NCBI RefSeq assembly: GCF_009914755.1
Contig: NC_060932.1
Length of the DNA: 64,000 bases
Source: the human T2T-CHM13v2.0 reference genome, Homo sapiens
Direction: 5' to 3' (one strand)
Position numbers and translations under genes: made by a program
Shown: positions 20,324 to 35,118 of the stretch, piece after piece
Numbering within the stretch: the stretch's first letter is position 1
Layout: each line of letters begins with the position of its first letter
Notes under the pieces: generated by a model
The model's database searches: none
The model's input: only the letters and a program-made list of their open reading frames with translations
Told to the model about the DNA's origin: nothing

Positions 20324-20650
20324 GGGCAGGGCACGGTAGCTCATGCCTGTAATCCAAGCACTTTGGGGGGGCCAAGTCAGGAGGATCACTTGAAGCCAGG
20401 AGTTCAAGACAAGCCTGAGCAACAAAGCAAGACACTGCCTCTACCCCCAACCCAACCCCCAAAAAATTAATTTAGTGCAGTGGTGCATACTTGTAGTCCC
20501 AGCTACTCAGGAGGCTGAAGGAGGAGGATCATTTGAGCCCAGGAGTTCAGAGGCTACAGTGAGCTATGAGCACACTACTGCATTCCAACTCCACCCTGGG
20601 TGACACGGCGAGACCCCATCTCTAAAAAATAAATAAATAAATAAATAAAA
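20324..20650 (+). mobile_element. AluJ with (TAAA)n tail
   Basis: J-type diagnostics. Degenerate TSD taaaatc(t/g)aag(t/g)tg. Confidence 0.9.
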
Positions 20651-21132
20651 GTAAAATCGAAGGTGGTGGAGATGGGGGAAGAAGGCATTTGGAAAAGAAC
20701 AGAAAACAGCACTAGTCTTCAAGCCTGTATATTATTAAAAACTCAAAATAAAAAGTAAATTAAAGCATAAATGTGCATACATATGCCATGGTTAAATATT
20801 TAGGCTAAATCTGAGCTCAAATTGGTATGTTTTTTAATAATACATAAATAAGTTCATGGACCATGTCTTATTTGCTTAGCACTGTTGCTATCAAGATTAT
20901 GGTCATAAGCTAGAAGTCCAACATTTTGCTTAAAGTTTTAGAATTCTCTTTATTAGGATGCTTAATTTCAGTGATAATAAGTTTAAAATAACATAAAATT
21001 GGGAATCTTTTTATTCTCATGAAAAACTGCTATTTTTGAAAAAGGCTAATAAATCTTAAACAATTTAGATAAGAGTACAGAGCTGAAAGTCATAAATTCC
21101 CTAGGAAATTTGTGATTCAAAATGGGATAATT

Positions 21133-21406
21133 AGCCAGGCACGGTGGCTCATGCCTGATATTCCAATATTTTGGGAGACCCAGGTAGGAGGATTGCTTGA
21201 GGCCAGGAGTTCAATACCAGCCTGGGCAATATTGCAAGACTTTGTCTCTAAAAAAATAAATAAATAAAATTTAAAAATCAGCTAGGTATGTGCCTGTAGT
21301 CCTAGCTGCTCAGGTGCACACTCAAGGTTACAGTGAGTTATGATTATGTCACTGCAGTCCAGCCTGGGTGACACAGTGAAACCCTGTCTCAAAAAAAAGA
21401 AAAAAG
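21133..21406 (+). mobile_element. AluJ with right-arm deletion
   Basis: Alu left arm plus partial right arm. TSD gggataatt. Confidence 0.88.
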
Positions 21407-21551
21407 GGATAATTAAAACTAAAAATCAATTTTTTGAAATTATAAAGAATATTTACAGAAGGTGAGTCATTCATTTTTAGTTTTTACTATTTAATCCTGA
21501 CTTTGTTTTCCTCCCCAAAATTAAAAGCTATAGAGAATATTCTGAAAAACC

Positions 21552-22120
21552 CTTTTTATTGTTTTTTAAACTTATATTTTAAAGTAATTTCAAACTTACA
21601 GAAAACTTACAAGAATAGTACAACAATGCCTGTATATTTTTCACTTGGTTCCCCCAACTATAAACAATTTACCACACTGGTTTTCTAATTCTCTCTCTGT
21701 CTCTCTCTCTCTTCTGTCTCTCTTTCTCTCTCTCTCTCATAAATATAATTTTATTCTGAGCCAGTTGAGAAGGAATTGCAAATATGATATCCTAATTATT
21801 CTAGTGGGTATTCAAGGACTTTATTCTATATAATTAGAATATCACCATATCTATCATGAAATCAATACATTACTATAATCTAATCTACAGACCTAATTCA
21901 CATTTTGTCATATTTCTCAATAATTCTCTTTATAGGAAAAAGAAAATTTTACCAGTACAGGATGAAATCTCAAATCAGGTGGACTACATTTCGTTGTCAA
22001 CTCTTGTGTCTTCTGCAATTTCAAATGGCTCCTCAGTTTTTCGTTGCCTTTCTTGAACTTGAATTTTTGACAAATACAAGCCAGTTATTTTGCAGAATAT
22101 TATTTAATTTTCATTAATAT
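21552..22120 (-). mobile_element. L1MC-type 3' end
   Basis: 'taatttcaaacttacagaaaacttacaagaatagtacaa...ccagttattttgcagaat' resembles antisense L1MC4/5 3'UTR. Confidence 0.75.
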
Positions 22121-22605
22121 GATGAAATAACTTTTAAAATAAATTAACAATGGAAAGGAACTTCAAGATTTTATAAATTAATCAGCACTCTCTATATATC
22201 CTATATCTCACCTCTATGCAGCAGCTTACACAAGAAAGAACACCCCAACCTTGAGAGAAAGAATGGGGCAGAGAGAGAGAAGAGTGAAAAGAAAAAAAGG
22301 GAGTTGTGAGAAAATTAAAGCAATCAGAGCATTTTCAGGACAAGAGAAATAGCTTTTCTACAGCCACAGCCTTTTATTTAATTCATTAAAATCTCATAAA
22401 TTTTAAATCGTAAATACAATTCAGTGGAAGTAACCAGTAGCTATGTATAAATAGGCCACTGTAGTCAAAGCTCAGTGTATCTAGGTATCTATAGTTCTTT
22501 CCAGACTTGAATTTCTAGCTTCATCTTTACATTTTACATAACCTAGAGTGTTTGCAAAACCAAACTATGTTTAATATTCCATTTTCCCTGAAGAACAATT
22601 TTCAC

Positions 22606-22816
22606 CTTATTAGAACTCATGTCTTCTCCTTCTTCATTGTCTGATTTCCAACTGGTAGTCCCAGCAGTTTAACTGTGGGCAACTCAGTCGTTTCGTTACT
22701 GTAGTGATCGTTCCAGGATCTTTTATTTTCTTACTTCTCAATAAATGTAATTCAGCCAACAAGTAAACTTCTCTTGCATGCAATCATTGGGTACTGATAA
22801 TTATAAATATTATTTT
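22606..22816 (-). other. Candidate spliced exon (5'UTR-like, possible start ATG encoding MSSNK) of an unidentified transcript
   Basis: Minus strand reads tttccttcag|AAAATA...GAAGACATGAGTTCTAATAAG|gtgaaa. Unique sequence with three CpGs in an AT-rich context and several short upstream ORFs. Confidence 0.3.
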
Positions 22817-24351
22817 CTGAAGGAAATTATATTACATATTTGTAGCATCAGGCTACAAATTTTTCAAAACTATACACAAAATATAGAAATGCATTTGCAG
22901 CAGTGACATCAAGGTTCACATGCTGTTATTTCTAAAAATTGTACAATGATTTGATCAATGTGGCAGTGCTTCATTTGACTCCCATTTTTTCATGAATCCT
23001 ATAGTTGGTAATATATTACTCACTGGTTTTGTTTTACGAAGATTTTGTAAAAACTTTAAAGTATTAGCTCTGAATTAGATGGAAACCTCGTAAGTCAGAA
23101 TTCTATTTTAATTAACCTAAAAGGATATATAGGTTAATTCTTTTGAATTTCTCTTGTAAAGCATGTGTATTCTTTTTTCTATACTCATTTATCATGCAGC
23201 TCATATAAGAAAGAGATGAAATAATATAGCAGGCAAGAGCTTTAAAAGTGATTTTATCCAAGACCTTCATTTGAAAGGCAATTGAGAGAGGCTCAGAGAA
23301 ACTGTGTGTCCAGGCTTGCTGACACCAGGTCTACGATCCTTGCTGCTGTACTACACACAAACGGACTTGCAAATCTTCTTAAGATGATATGTTTCATGCA
23401 CGAAAAAAGCATCGGCACAGACTGTGTCCTGTATATCCTTGACAGAACACAGGAACATCCTCTACTTGAGAAGGTTAACCTGCTCCCGATGAGTGCATTT
23501 GCGGAGGGCTGAGAAGACAGCCAATCAACTGTGGCCATCACAGCCAGATCACTGTCTTACAGAGCCAGAATGTGAGTAAGCCCTGGTCCTGCTAGCCTTC
23601 TCTAGCCTCACTCCTACATAACATCTAACAAATATTTTATGAATATCCATGTGATGGGAAAGCAAAGTATTAGCCTGCCCAGAGGGCCTACGAGTCTCCA
23701 TCCAGTTCTGCAATACTTGAGACCACTTCCTGTGCCAGGATGCAAAAATTGAGTTGGGATGCAATTTTATCCAGCCATTGAAGAAATTTCAATAAGACCT
23801 TATTCAAGAGACTTTGGCCACATAAAAAAATGCAATAGATATTTAAAAATTCATCCAAGGACTTAAAAGGAAAGGAAAACCAATAAAAGGACAGAATCAG
23901 AATACAAATATAAGGTAGAGAAACCAGATGAGAGGTGGAAAACTTAATCAAGTAAGTTGTAGTTTTGTTTGTGTGATTGCAATTCATTAAACCAATTTTT
24001 TTTACCAACTGATGAGGCTTGCCTTTGCTGAACTGATGTGATCAGACTGTGTCCTTTTGTGTCATACAGGCAAGATATACAAGGAAAAGCAAATTCATTA
24101 TTTAAACATAAGAAACATGTTTCAGCAAATTCGTGTGTAGTTAACATTTACTGAGTACTTCATATTACTGAACACCCTGCCTGGCTCTTTCATGTATGAT
24201 CTTTATTTAACCCTCATGACCATTTACAGAAATATGATTTGTATTTCATGTGCAAATTGGGCACTAATTGCTACAAAAGTGTTACAAGTTAGGGTTGGAA
24301 GAAGGCATGAAAGATACGGTAGACATTTATACATGGAACAGTATGCGCCTT

Positions 24352-24940
24352 TGTATTGATTATCTATTTATTGCTGCATAATTAAGTAACTTAAAACTTA
24401 GTAACTTAAAACAATGATCATTTATTATCTCTGATAGTGTTTGTGGGTCAGAAGTTCAGACAGGGCATGTGGGAATGCCTTATGTCTTCTGCACAATGGG
24501 GCCTCAACTGGAAGACTCGAAGGGTGAGGCTGGCATCATCTGAGGCTCATTTACACATCTGGTGGTGAGGCTGGCTATTGGCTGCAGATCTAGCAGAGGC
24601 ATGGACTTCCTTACAAAATAGCAGCTGAGTTCCAAGGGTAAGCTTCATGGGAGACAGAGATAGAGAGAAAACAAAACAAAACAAAACAAAACAAAAAAAA
24701 ACCTCTCCTTTTTGTGATCTAGCCTCTTAGCCTCAGAAGCCACATGGGATTCCTTCCACCATACCCTGTTGCGGCAGTCAAGAGATGCACAAGACTATAC
24801 CCCAATTAAAGAGTAGAGAACATCACTCCCGTCACTCCCAGCTCCTGGTGGGGGAGTGTCTGTCAGACTGCAAGAAGAGCATGTGGGATGGGATAAATAT
24901 ATACATGTGGCCACCCATGGGATATACAATTATTCCCACA
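24352..24940 (-). mobile_element. MLT1H/G-like LTR
   Basis: 'tattgctgcataa...aaaacttagtaacttaaaacaa...tgtgggtcagaagttcagacagggc...ggcctcaactggaagactc'. Confidence 0.8.
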
Positions 24941-26910
24941 TTCTTACTCTCTGGTAAAAATCTTAGGGTGAGCCCTGGATTTAGTCAACACCAGGAAATA
25001 TGTCTCATGTCAGGCAGCCAGAGAAGGGAAGTGTAAAGGATTGTTCTTGATTGGGGGATCCAAGTAGTCTTCACAGAAGAGACAGTATTTGAGCTTTATC
25101 CTGATTTGGAGGATTTCCATTCATTTATTTATGGAGTGCCTGATGGGGTATATTGTTGATAACATGCTAAGTGGAGAACATATAGGAAATTCTACTTCCC
25201 AAGGCACAGGCTGAGGACAATCTCACAGAGAGGGCTGCAGGGCTGACCCCTGTGGTGAGCTACTCACCAGCACCTTTGGTTCTTTCCTTCCATGGGAACA
25301 CACCCGTGCCAGCCTTGCTAGAAGCCAGCAGTTTCCCAGAGATCCTGACCCACACTTCCTGGCTTCCCTTTATTCTCCACCACAGAGGACAGAAGTACCT
25401 TGGGAGACATATCAATAAGCAATTTGGGGACCAAGTTAGAAACTATTTTGTATCACTAAGGGAAAAAAATCCTATAAAACATAGTAGATAGACAAAAACA
25501 GTCTATTTGTAGATTATTGAGTTCGCATTTTTAAAACCTTCAAAAAAGATAAATTTATTGGAATGTGAATTCAGTATTTAAAATCTATAAAAGCAAATAT
25601 TTTTCTAATTTCCATTTCCTTTTATTTCACTCTTTCCTATTATTTATCTCTCTCTCCCCATGGGGTTCCACATAGAACACAGATCAAAAGCTTTTACTCA
25701 TTGATGGAGAAATATGCAGAAAAATCAAATAACACTTGTAATTAATAATTGGACAAAATAAACTAGAAATGTCAAAGCCATCATTATGATTTTCTAAATC
25801 CCATCACTTATTCTGTCCCTGAACAATTGAAACTTTTAGCAATGGTAGGGCACTGGTTTTTTTTAAATAGCTCCAAGCCTTATATTTTATTACAGAACAA
25901 CTTCCTAAAGTAGGATATGTCCCAGATTTACACATCAATGTTTCAGGAAAGAAATATTTACTATTTAAAACTCATATGCATATAAAATAGCTGACTTAGA
26001 GAACTCAGTGTAAATCCATGTCTCTTCTCTGATAAGGAAAAATTGACCATGATTCAACTATGATTTCTTTTCTCATATATATGATTAGCTCATAACTTCA
26101 GACTTACTTTGAAAATAATTGGATACCTTTACAGTTAATAACTTTGTAAATTTTAGTTCTACTAGAGGATCAAGGCCTTGTTATTTAAGAACAAAGTGAT
26201 TCCAAGAGGTTAAGAATTTCACTGGGTGCAGACATATATTTTTCGAGGTTGGAGAATATTTTTTAAAACAGAAGTGGAATGAAATCCAAAACTCTCATTT
26301 CTCTGTTCTGAAGATGGTTAGATCTGGCTCAGAGATAAAGCTTAAATATAGTGAAATTTAGATCAACTAGCTCGTTAGGCTTAAGCTGATTCAGAGACCT
26401 GTCCAGTACGATAAAGCTCCCGGATAGTCTATTATCACCCTTCTGCTTCATAAGTGGTATTCTTCAGTTCACATCAAGACTAAAAGTACAGAATGATTTG
26501 TAGGTGTGGCCTATGAAGTCCATGTAAGTCACATATTTATTGATATAGTGATCCCTAGGCTAAAACTACACTATCAAAAGGATATACTGATCTGCAATAA
26601 AACTAGTGGATAAGAATCCAAAAATATGAGAAGAAGGAATGAACCACCAGTATTGACAGGATTCACTTGGTATTCATGTGGGAGCAAATGGAAAGAGGAA
26701 AATGGGGAATCTGAGTGCCCTGAGAACAAGAGCATCTAAAATCACTCTTAGTAACTGCCTAAGAGGTTAAGAACATTCCTAGATGGGATCAGCAAACTGA
26801 TGCACAGGTAAAGGCAAGGACATGAGGGAAGGTCATCACATGCAGAAATAATGTTGGTTCTAGGAATTCTCAAACCTTGCAATCCTGAGCTCACTTCTAG
26901 AGCAAACTCC

Positions 26911-27817
26911 TCTATCTGCTCACACTGCCATTGTAAAATACCATATGCTGGGTGGTTTAAATGACAGAAATTGATTTCTCACAGGTCTTGAGGCTGGGAA
27001 GTTCAAGATCAAAGTTTCAGCCAACTCAGTTTCTGGTGAGGTCCTCTTCTTGACATGCAGATGGCTGTCTTCTCACTATGTGCAGACATGGCAAAGAGAG
27101 AAAAAAAGCACACTCTGATGTCACTTTCTCTTTTATAAGGATAACACTTTTACCAGTTCAGGGCTTATGGATGGTTAACTTTATGTGTCAACTTGAATGG
27201 GGCATCAGAATGTCCAGACAACTGGTAAAACATTACTTCTGGGTATGTCTGTGAGGATGTTTCCAAAAGAGATTACATTTAAATCATTAGACTGAGTAAA
27301 GAAGATTTGCCCTCACCAGTGTGGGTGGGCATCATCCAATCTGTTGAGGGCTTGAATAGAACAAAAAGGCAAAGAAGGTTGAATTCACTTTCTGCCTGAT
27401 TGCTTGAGCCGAGGCATCAGTCTTTTGCCCTTCGTGCACTTGGTTCTCAGACTTTAGTCCCAGATTGGAAGCTACACCACCAACTCTCTAACTCTCAGAC
27501 CTTCAAACTACACCACCAGCTTTACTATGTCTCCAGCTTGCAAACAGTAGATCACAGGACTTTTTGGCCTCCATAATCATATGAGCCTAAGGAGTTGGGA
27601 ATATTCCCAGATGGGATTCTGCAAAATAACTTATTTTTTATATATAAAATAAGTTTGGGTCTATTTCTCTAAAGAACCCTAAATACAGGGCTCCATTCTT
27701 ATGATCTTGTTTAATCTTAATCACATCCTTAAAAGCTCTGTCTCCAATACGGTCACATGGGGGTTAGGGCTTCAGCATATGAATTTTGAGGAAGGGGATA
27801 TATTTCAGTCTATAGCA
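26911..27817 (-). mobile_element. MLT1A-family LTR split by an MLT2 insertion
   Basis: 'aaaataccatatgctgggtggtttaaatgacagaaattgatttctcac' resumes after the MLT2 and ends 'ttcagtctatagca'. Confidence 0.85.
27166..27687 (+). mobile_element. MLT2 (ERVL) solo LTR
   Basis: 'gatggttaactttatgtgtcaacttga...gaaccctaaataca'. 5-bp TSD gggct at 27161-27165 and 27688-27692. Confidence 0.9.
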
Positions 27818-28574
27818 CTCTCACTGAGAATAAATTGAATTTCACTGAGGAGAAATTAATAAACTGAGCAGGACAGGGACATGTGGATCAAAGAAAAAGG
27901 GAATCCAAATAAACATGGGGGGGAGAGCAGAGCTACAGATACCTTTTATTTTGGTTTTCTGTAAATCACATGATCTGAATTACAGAAAGAAAAAAGAATA
28001 AGTAAAAATGAATGGAGCCTCAGAGAAATATTAGACATCTTTAGTTACACCAACATAAGTATAATAGAAATATCAAAAAGAGAGGAGAAAGAAAAAGAAA
28101 CAGAAAAAATATTCAAAGTAATAATGGCTGAAAACGTTCCAATTTTGCTGAAAATCTGTAATCTACACATTCAACTAGCTCAACAAACTCCAAGTAGGAC
28201 AAACACGAAGAAGTCCACACCCAGACATATCATAGTCAATATGCTAAAAGATAAAATTAAGCAGAAAATTTTGAAAGGCACAAGAGAAAACTGATACACA
28301 AGCAGCCTCCAATAAGATAGACAGCTAAATTCTCAGAAACAACGTAGGCCAGAAAGCAGTGAGATGTCCTATTCAAAGTGGAAGGGGAAAATTATATCAA
28401 CCAAGAATCTTATGTTCAGCAAAAACATCTTTTCAAACTGCAGTCAAAATAAAGCTATCTCCAGGCAAATAAAATCTGAGATAATTTGTTGCTAGAAGAC
28501 TCATCTTACAGAGAATAGTAAAGCAAGATTTTTAGGCTGAAATCATGTGACCCCCCCAGATAGTAATTTGAAAC

Positions 28575-28576
<2 letters not shown>

Positions 28577-28606
<30 letters not shown>
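28577..28606 (+). repeat. (CA)15 microsatellite
   Basis: Read directly. Confidence 0.95.
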
Positions 28607-28609
<3 letters not shown>

Positions 28610-29782
28610 CCAGGAAAAGTAATTAAATAACTATAAAAGGCAATCTAAATGTTTACTTTTTCTTTCTTCTCTTAACTGATTTTAAAACCAATTATATAAA
28701 AGAATGGGTACATGATTACTTTGTTGTGTCTATAGCGTATACAAATGTAATATATTTGACATCCATGGCACCAAGGAAATGGGTGGGAGCAGAGTTGTAT
28801 TGGAGTAGCAAAATAACAGCTGATAGTAACTGGAACACACGGGAACAAATTCAGTGAACCAGAAACTGTAAATTAGAAGAATTAGAAGAAGTATAACAAA
28901 CTATAAATAAATACCTCCTCTCCTTTCTTTTATTGGATTCTTCAATAGACATAAAATTATATAAAGTAATAACTATGACAATATATTATTGGTTTATAAA
29001 ATTAAAAGATGTAATATATATAATAATATTAGCACAGGAAACAAGAAGAGAGAATAAAGCTATATAGAATTAGCATCTCTATATGTCACTGAAATTACAT
29101 CTAATTTAGTTTCTGATAAATTAAGGTGTACAAGGTAATCCCTAGAGCAACTACTAAGGAATTAACTTTAAAAAGTGAAAGTGTTATTAAAAGAATTAAA
29201 ATGTGAGAAAAGAACATACTTTATTAATGCAAAAGAATCCAGTAAAGGAGGAATAGAACAAAAGAAAGATATGTGACATAAAGAAAAAAATAGTAGACTA
29301 AATTCAGCAGTATCAATAATAATATTAATTGTGAACGGGTAAAATGATCTATTCAAAAGGCAGAGATTGTAAGACTGGATTTAACAAACAAAATCCAACT
29401 GTATGCTCTCTATACGATAATATTCCTACAAACTTTAGGTACAAAGATACAAATAGGTTGAAAGCATACGGATGGGCAAAGATACATGATGCAAACAATA
29501 GCCACTAGAGAGCGGAGTGGCTATATTAATATCGAAGTACCCTTTAAAACAAAAAAAGTTACTAAAGATAAAGGGGGACTTTTTTAATGATAAAATGGTA
29601 AATCTCATCAGGAAGGTATAAGAATTATAAATACATCTAACAACAGCACCCCAAAACACGTAAAGGAAAGGCTGACAGAATTAAAGGGAAGAATAGAGTT
29701 CCACAATAATAGTTGAACACTCCAATGTTCCACTTCCAATAATGAATGGAACAACTAGGCAGATAAGAAAGAAAATAGAGGA

Positions 29783-30380
29783 TTTGGGAGGAAACGGGAG
29801 ATGTTAGTCAAAGGATACATAATTATGGTTAGAAGGAATACATTTCTCTTTTTTAATTTTAATTTTAATTTTTAGTTCTGGGGTACATGTGCAGGATGTG
29901 CAGGTTTGTTAATAGGTAAAAGTGTGCCATCGTGATTTGTTGCACCTATCAACCCATCACCTGGGTACTAAGCCCAGCATGCATTAAATATTTTTCTTAA
30001 TACTCTCCCTCCCTCCCACACCTACCCCCACTGACAGGCCCCAGTGTGTGTTGTTCCCCTCCCTGTATACATGTGATTTCATTGTTCAGCTCCAACTTAT
30101 AAGTGAGAACATGCATTGTTTGGTTTTATGCTCCTGTGTTAGTTTGCTGAGGATAATGGCTTCCGGCTTCATCGATGTCCCTGCAAAGGACATGATCTCT
30201 TTCCTTTTCATGGCTGCATAATAGAAGGAACACATTTCAAGAGACCTCTTGTATAGCAAGGTAATGTGAGGTAACGCACCTGGTAATTATCTACATTTAA
30301 CCATTCCACAATGTATATGTACTTCATAACATCATACTATACCCATAAAAACAAAATGCTGTCAATTTAAAATAAAGAAA
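29783..30380 (+). mobile_element. L1MA-type 3' end fragment inserted in the L1M
   Basis: 'gggagatgttagtcaaaggatac...tttaaccattccacaatgtatat...tgtcaatttaaaataaa'. TSD-like atagagga at 29775-29782 and 30397-30404. Confidence 0.8.
29847..30221 (-). mobile_element. L1PA (about PA10-13) 3' end inserted in the L1MA fragment
   Basis: 'ggggtacatgtgcaggatgtgcaggtttgtt...ataagtgagaacatgc'. 17-bp TSD tagaaggaa(t/c)acatttc at 29830-29846 and 30222-30238. Confidence 0.92.
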
Positions 30381-31148
30381 ATGTATAAAGGAAAAGATAG
30401 AGGACTACACAAACTGTACATAGCAGGAAACTTCCCCAACAATAGCAGAACACATTCTTCTCAGTGCACATGGAGCATTCCTTAGAATAGGCCATATATT
30501 AGGCCATAAAATAAGCCTCCACAAGTTTTAAAAGACTGAAATCAATTAATGTATTTTCTCTCTCAGAATGGAATGAAATAAAAAATTAATAACAGAAAAA
30601 AATTGTAATATCATAAATATGTGGAAAGTAAACAACATGCTACTAAATAACCAATGAGCCAGAGAATAAATCACACGGGAAACTAGAAAGTACCTTGAAA
30701 TAAGTAAAAATGAAGACACACATACCAAAATTTATGGGATACAGCTAAAGTAAATCTCATAGGAAATTTATAGCTGGGAATGCCTACATTAAAAAAAGAT
30801 TATAAATCAACAACCTAATCTTATGCTTCCATGTTAAGATGCTGGAAAAAGGAAGAACAAACTAAATACAAGCAATCAGGAGAAAGAAAATAGCAAAAAC
30901 AAGAGTGGAAATTAATTAAGTAGAGAGTAGAAAAACAGTAAAGAAAAGCAGCAAAATCAAATATTAGTTGGTTGAAAAGATCAAAATTGACAAACCCTTT
31001 TAGCCAAACTAAACAAGGAAAAAGGAAAAGACTTAAGTTACTAAAAGTGTAAATAAAAGAGGGGACATTACTACCAACATTTCAGAAATAAAAGTAATTA
31101 TAAGAGGATACTATGAACAATTTTATGCCAACAAATTAGGTAGCTTAG

Positions 31149-31503
<355 letters not shown>

Positions 31504-31764
31504 TCAAAAGAAATGGAAAATTTGAACAAATCTATAACAAATAAATAGATGGAATTAGTAATAAAAAAAACTTGCAATAAAAAGCCCAAGACCAGTTAGC
31601 TTCACCGGTATATTCTACCAAACACTTAAAGAAAAATTAATATCAATTCTTCACAAACTCTTTCAAAATAGAAGAGAATGTAACAACGGAACACTTCCCA
31701 ACTCATTTTGCATAGCGTATATCTGATAAAGAACTTGTTAGAATACATAAAGAACCCTTATAAC

Positions 31765-32085
<321 letters not shown>

Positions 32086-32133
32086 TAATAAAGAGACAAC
32101 CTAATTTTAAAATGAGCAAAGAATAGGAATGGA

Positions 32134-32291
32134 GGCCGAGCATGGCAGCTCACGTCTGTAATCCCAGCACTTTAGGAGGCCAAGGTGGGTGGATCACATG
32201 AGCCCAGGAGTTCAGGATCAGCCTGGGCAACATAATGAGACCCTATCTTTAAAAAAAAAAAAAAAGAAAGAAAGAAAGCAAAGGAAAAGAA
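32134..32291 (+). mobile_element. FLAM_C monomer
   Basis: Left monomer with A-rich tail. TSD aaagaataggaat. Confidence 0.85.
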
Positions 32292-33425
32292 AAAGAATAG
32301 GAATAGGCATTTCTCCAAAGATACACAAATGGCCAACAAGCACATGGAAAGACGTTCAACATCACTAGCCATCAGGAAAGTGCAAATCAGAACCAAAATG
32401 AAACACCACCTTACCCCTTCTAGAATGGCTATAATCAGAAAGTTGGATAACAAGCGTTGGCAAAGATGTGGAGAAATTAGCACCCTCACACATCGCTGGT
32501 GAGAATGTAAAATGGTGCAGGCATTTTGGAAAAGTCTGGCAACTCCTCGAAACGATAAACACAGAATTACCATATGGTCCAGAAAATCCACTACCAGTAT
32601 ATTACTCAGAAGAAATGAAAATATATGTCCACATAAAAACCTGTACTCAAATATTCATAGCAGTATTACTTATAACAACCAAAAAGTGGGCACAACCCAA
32701 AATGTCCATCAACTGATGAGAAAATAAAGAAATGAAATATTATTTGACAATAAAAAGAAAGGAGGCACTAAGAGATGCTATTTTAAGCTCAGACACACCC
32801 GCCAGCACCAGGCTTTCTCCACAGAGTCCACGCTCACTCCTCAAGGTTCCTCTTACACTCCTCAATATTCATAAGTCTAACCCATTCCTTTTCTTGTTTC
32901 CAACTTTGTTTGCTTCTGAGGTTGCTACTGTGTGATAACTTCACGTTCTCTGTTTACCTCTCCACACATCCGTTAACAACTCTGTGCCCATTAACAATCC
33001 TTTATATTAAGTGACCTGTGTTCAGTGTGGTGTGGTTTCTGCCACTTGACTGGACTTAACCACCCACCCCCCACGAAGAGGTCTTCTTGCCAAAAAATAT
33101 CAAGCTAAAATCTGGTAGAAGTACACTCAATACTACCTATTAAAACCTTGCCAAACTATAGAATCTGAATCTAAGCAAACTTCTAGATACCAGTTTATAG
33201 ATACCAATTTATAAGAAATCCAGGGCTCAGGGAAACATATAACTCATACCACAGAAATGTAGTCAGCAAAACCCAGACTATGAAAAATTTACAGAAGTGA
33301 CCTGGTTTCTTCAGTGAAAAAACAACAAACTTCCAGAGGAAAAAACAAATCTTTACGGGACAACCCAGGAAATGTGAATACTCCTGGATAATAGATGTTA
33401 TTAAAGCATTACTACGGGTTTTCTT

Positions 33426-33741
<316 letters not shown>

Positions 33742-33805
33742 CTACTATGGGTTTCTTTAAAAGATATGGTCACAAAGTATAAAGTTTGAATCAGGGGAGT
33801 AGCCT

Positions 33806-35118
33806 TGGGATAGACAAAATAATGGCCCCTGTTTTGGGGGAAAAAAAAAAATCTCAAACCATCGTTCCTATTCTCTCACTTAAAACAACAACAATCATCA
33901 ACACAGAAGATTTCTGTAACCAAATGTGGAGGGATGGGTTTCTCCCTACCAGCAAGCAAGCAACTGACTCTGCAGTAGACTGCAGCTCAATTCCCACACT
34001 ACTTGGAGATACTGTGAGATCCCGATCAAGGGCTTAGTCTCACAAGACTCCCCCACCCCAGATACCAGTCATTATTCTGGGACTCTGACACTTCTGACCA
34101 GTTTCAAGTTGGAGTTCCCATGTCCCGCTCTTTGGGTTCGATTAATTTGCTGGAGTGACTCACAGAACTCAAAGAAACAGTTACGTTTACCAGTTTGTTA
34201 CATAGGATATCGCAAAGGATACAGATGAACAGATACATAAGGCAAGGTATGCGAGAAGGAGCACGAAGCTTCCATGCCCTCCCTGGGCACGCCACCTTCC
34301 AGGAAGCTCCATGTGTTCAGCTATCCTGAAGCTCTCCCAACCCTGTCCCCTCGGGTTTTTATGGAGACTTCATTTCGTAGGCATGATTGATTAAACCATT
34401 GGCCATTGGTGATCAACTTGATCTTCAGCCTCTCTCCTCTCCCTAGAGTTTAGGAGGCAAAGCTGAAGGTCTCAACCTTTGAATCATGCTTTTCTCTTTC
34501 CAGTGACCAGTCCCACCCTGACACTGTCAGTCAACACATAAAAAGACAGCACTCTGGAGAGTCCAAGGATTTTAGGGGTTGTATGCAAGGAAAGGGGAAA
34601 GAAGACCAAATATATATTTCACAATATCACAGCCTCCAAAGCTGCCGATGACCTAATCTGCAGAACCTGTGAGCAGGTTCTGTTATATGACCAGGAAAAT
34701 TAAGGTTGCAGATGGGATTAAAATTGCTCATCAGCTGATTTTGCGAAGGGGAGATTATTGTGAATTATCTAGGTAGGCACAGTGTCTTTATAAGTGGGTC
34801 TTTATAAGTGGATGAAGGAGGGAGGAGAGTCACAGAGAAAGAGAGGAAGTGGAGGTCACAGTGATGCCATTTCCAACTTTGAAGATGGAAGGGAGCTGCC
34901 AGCCAAGGAATGGGGCAGCCTCTGGAAGCTGGGAAGGCAAGGAAATGGATTCTCCACTAAAACCCACCCAAGGAAGGAAACCTTGCTCACACCTTGATGT
35001 TAACCCAGTGAGACTTATTGGACTTCTGACCTCAAAAGCTGTAACATAATAAATCTGAGTTGTTTGAAGCCACTAACTTTGTGGTAATTTGTTACAGCAG
35101 CAATAGAAAACTACTACA
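33806..35118 (+). mobile_element. MLT1D LTR split near its 5' end by MER21
   Basis: 'aataatggcccc|...ccaaag...aattaaggttgcagatgggattaaaattgctcatcagctga...gttacagcagcaatagaaaactactaca'. Confidence 0.85.
33830..34631 (-). mobile_element. MER21 LTR, complete solo LTR
   Basis: Ends 'gaagaccaaatatatatttcacaatatcaca', the reverse complement of the MER21 start. TSD gcccc/gcctc. Confidence 0.88.

Noticed and set aside
22606-22816. Assigning a host gene name or chromosomal locus
   Set aside because: I do not recognise the sequence with enough certainty. It needs BLAT.
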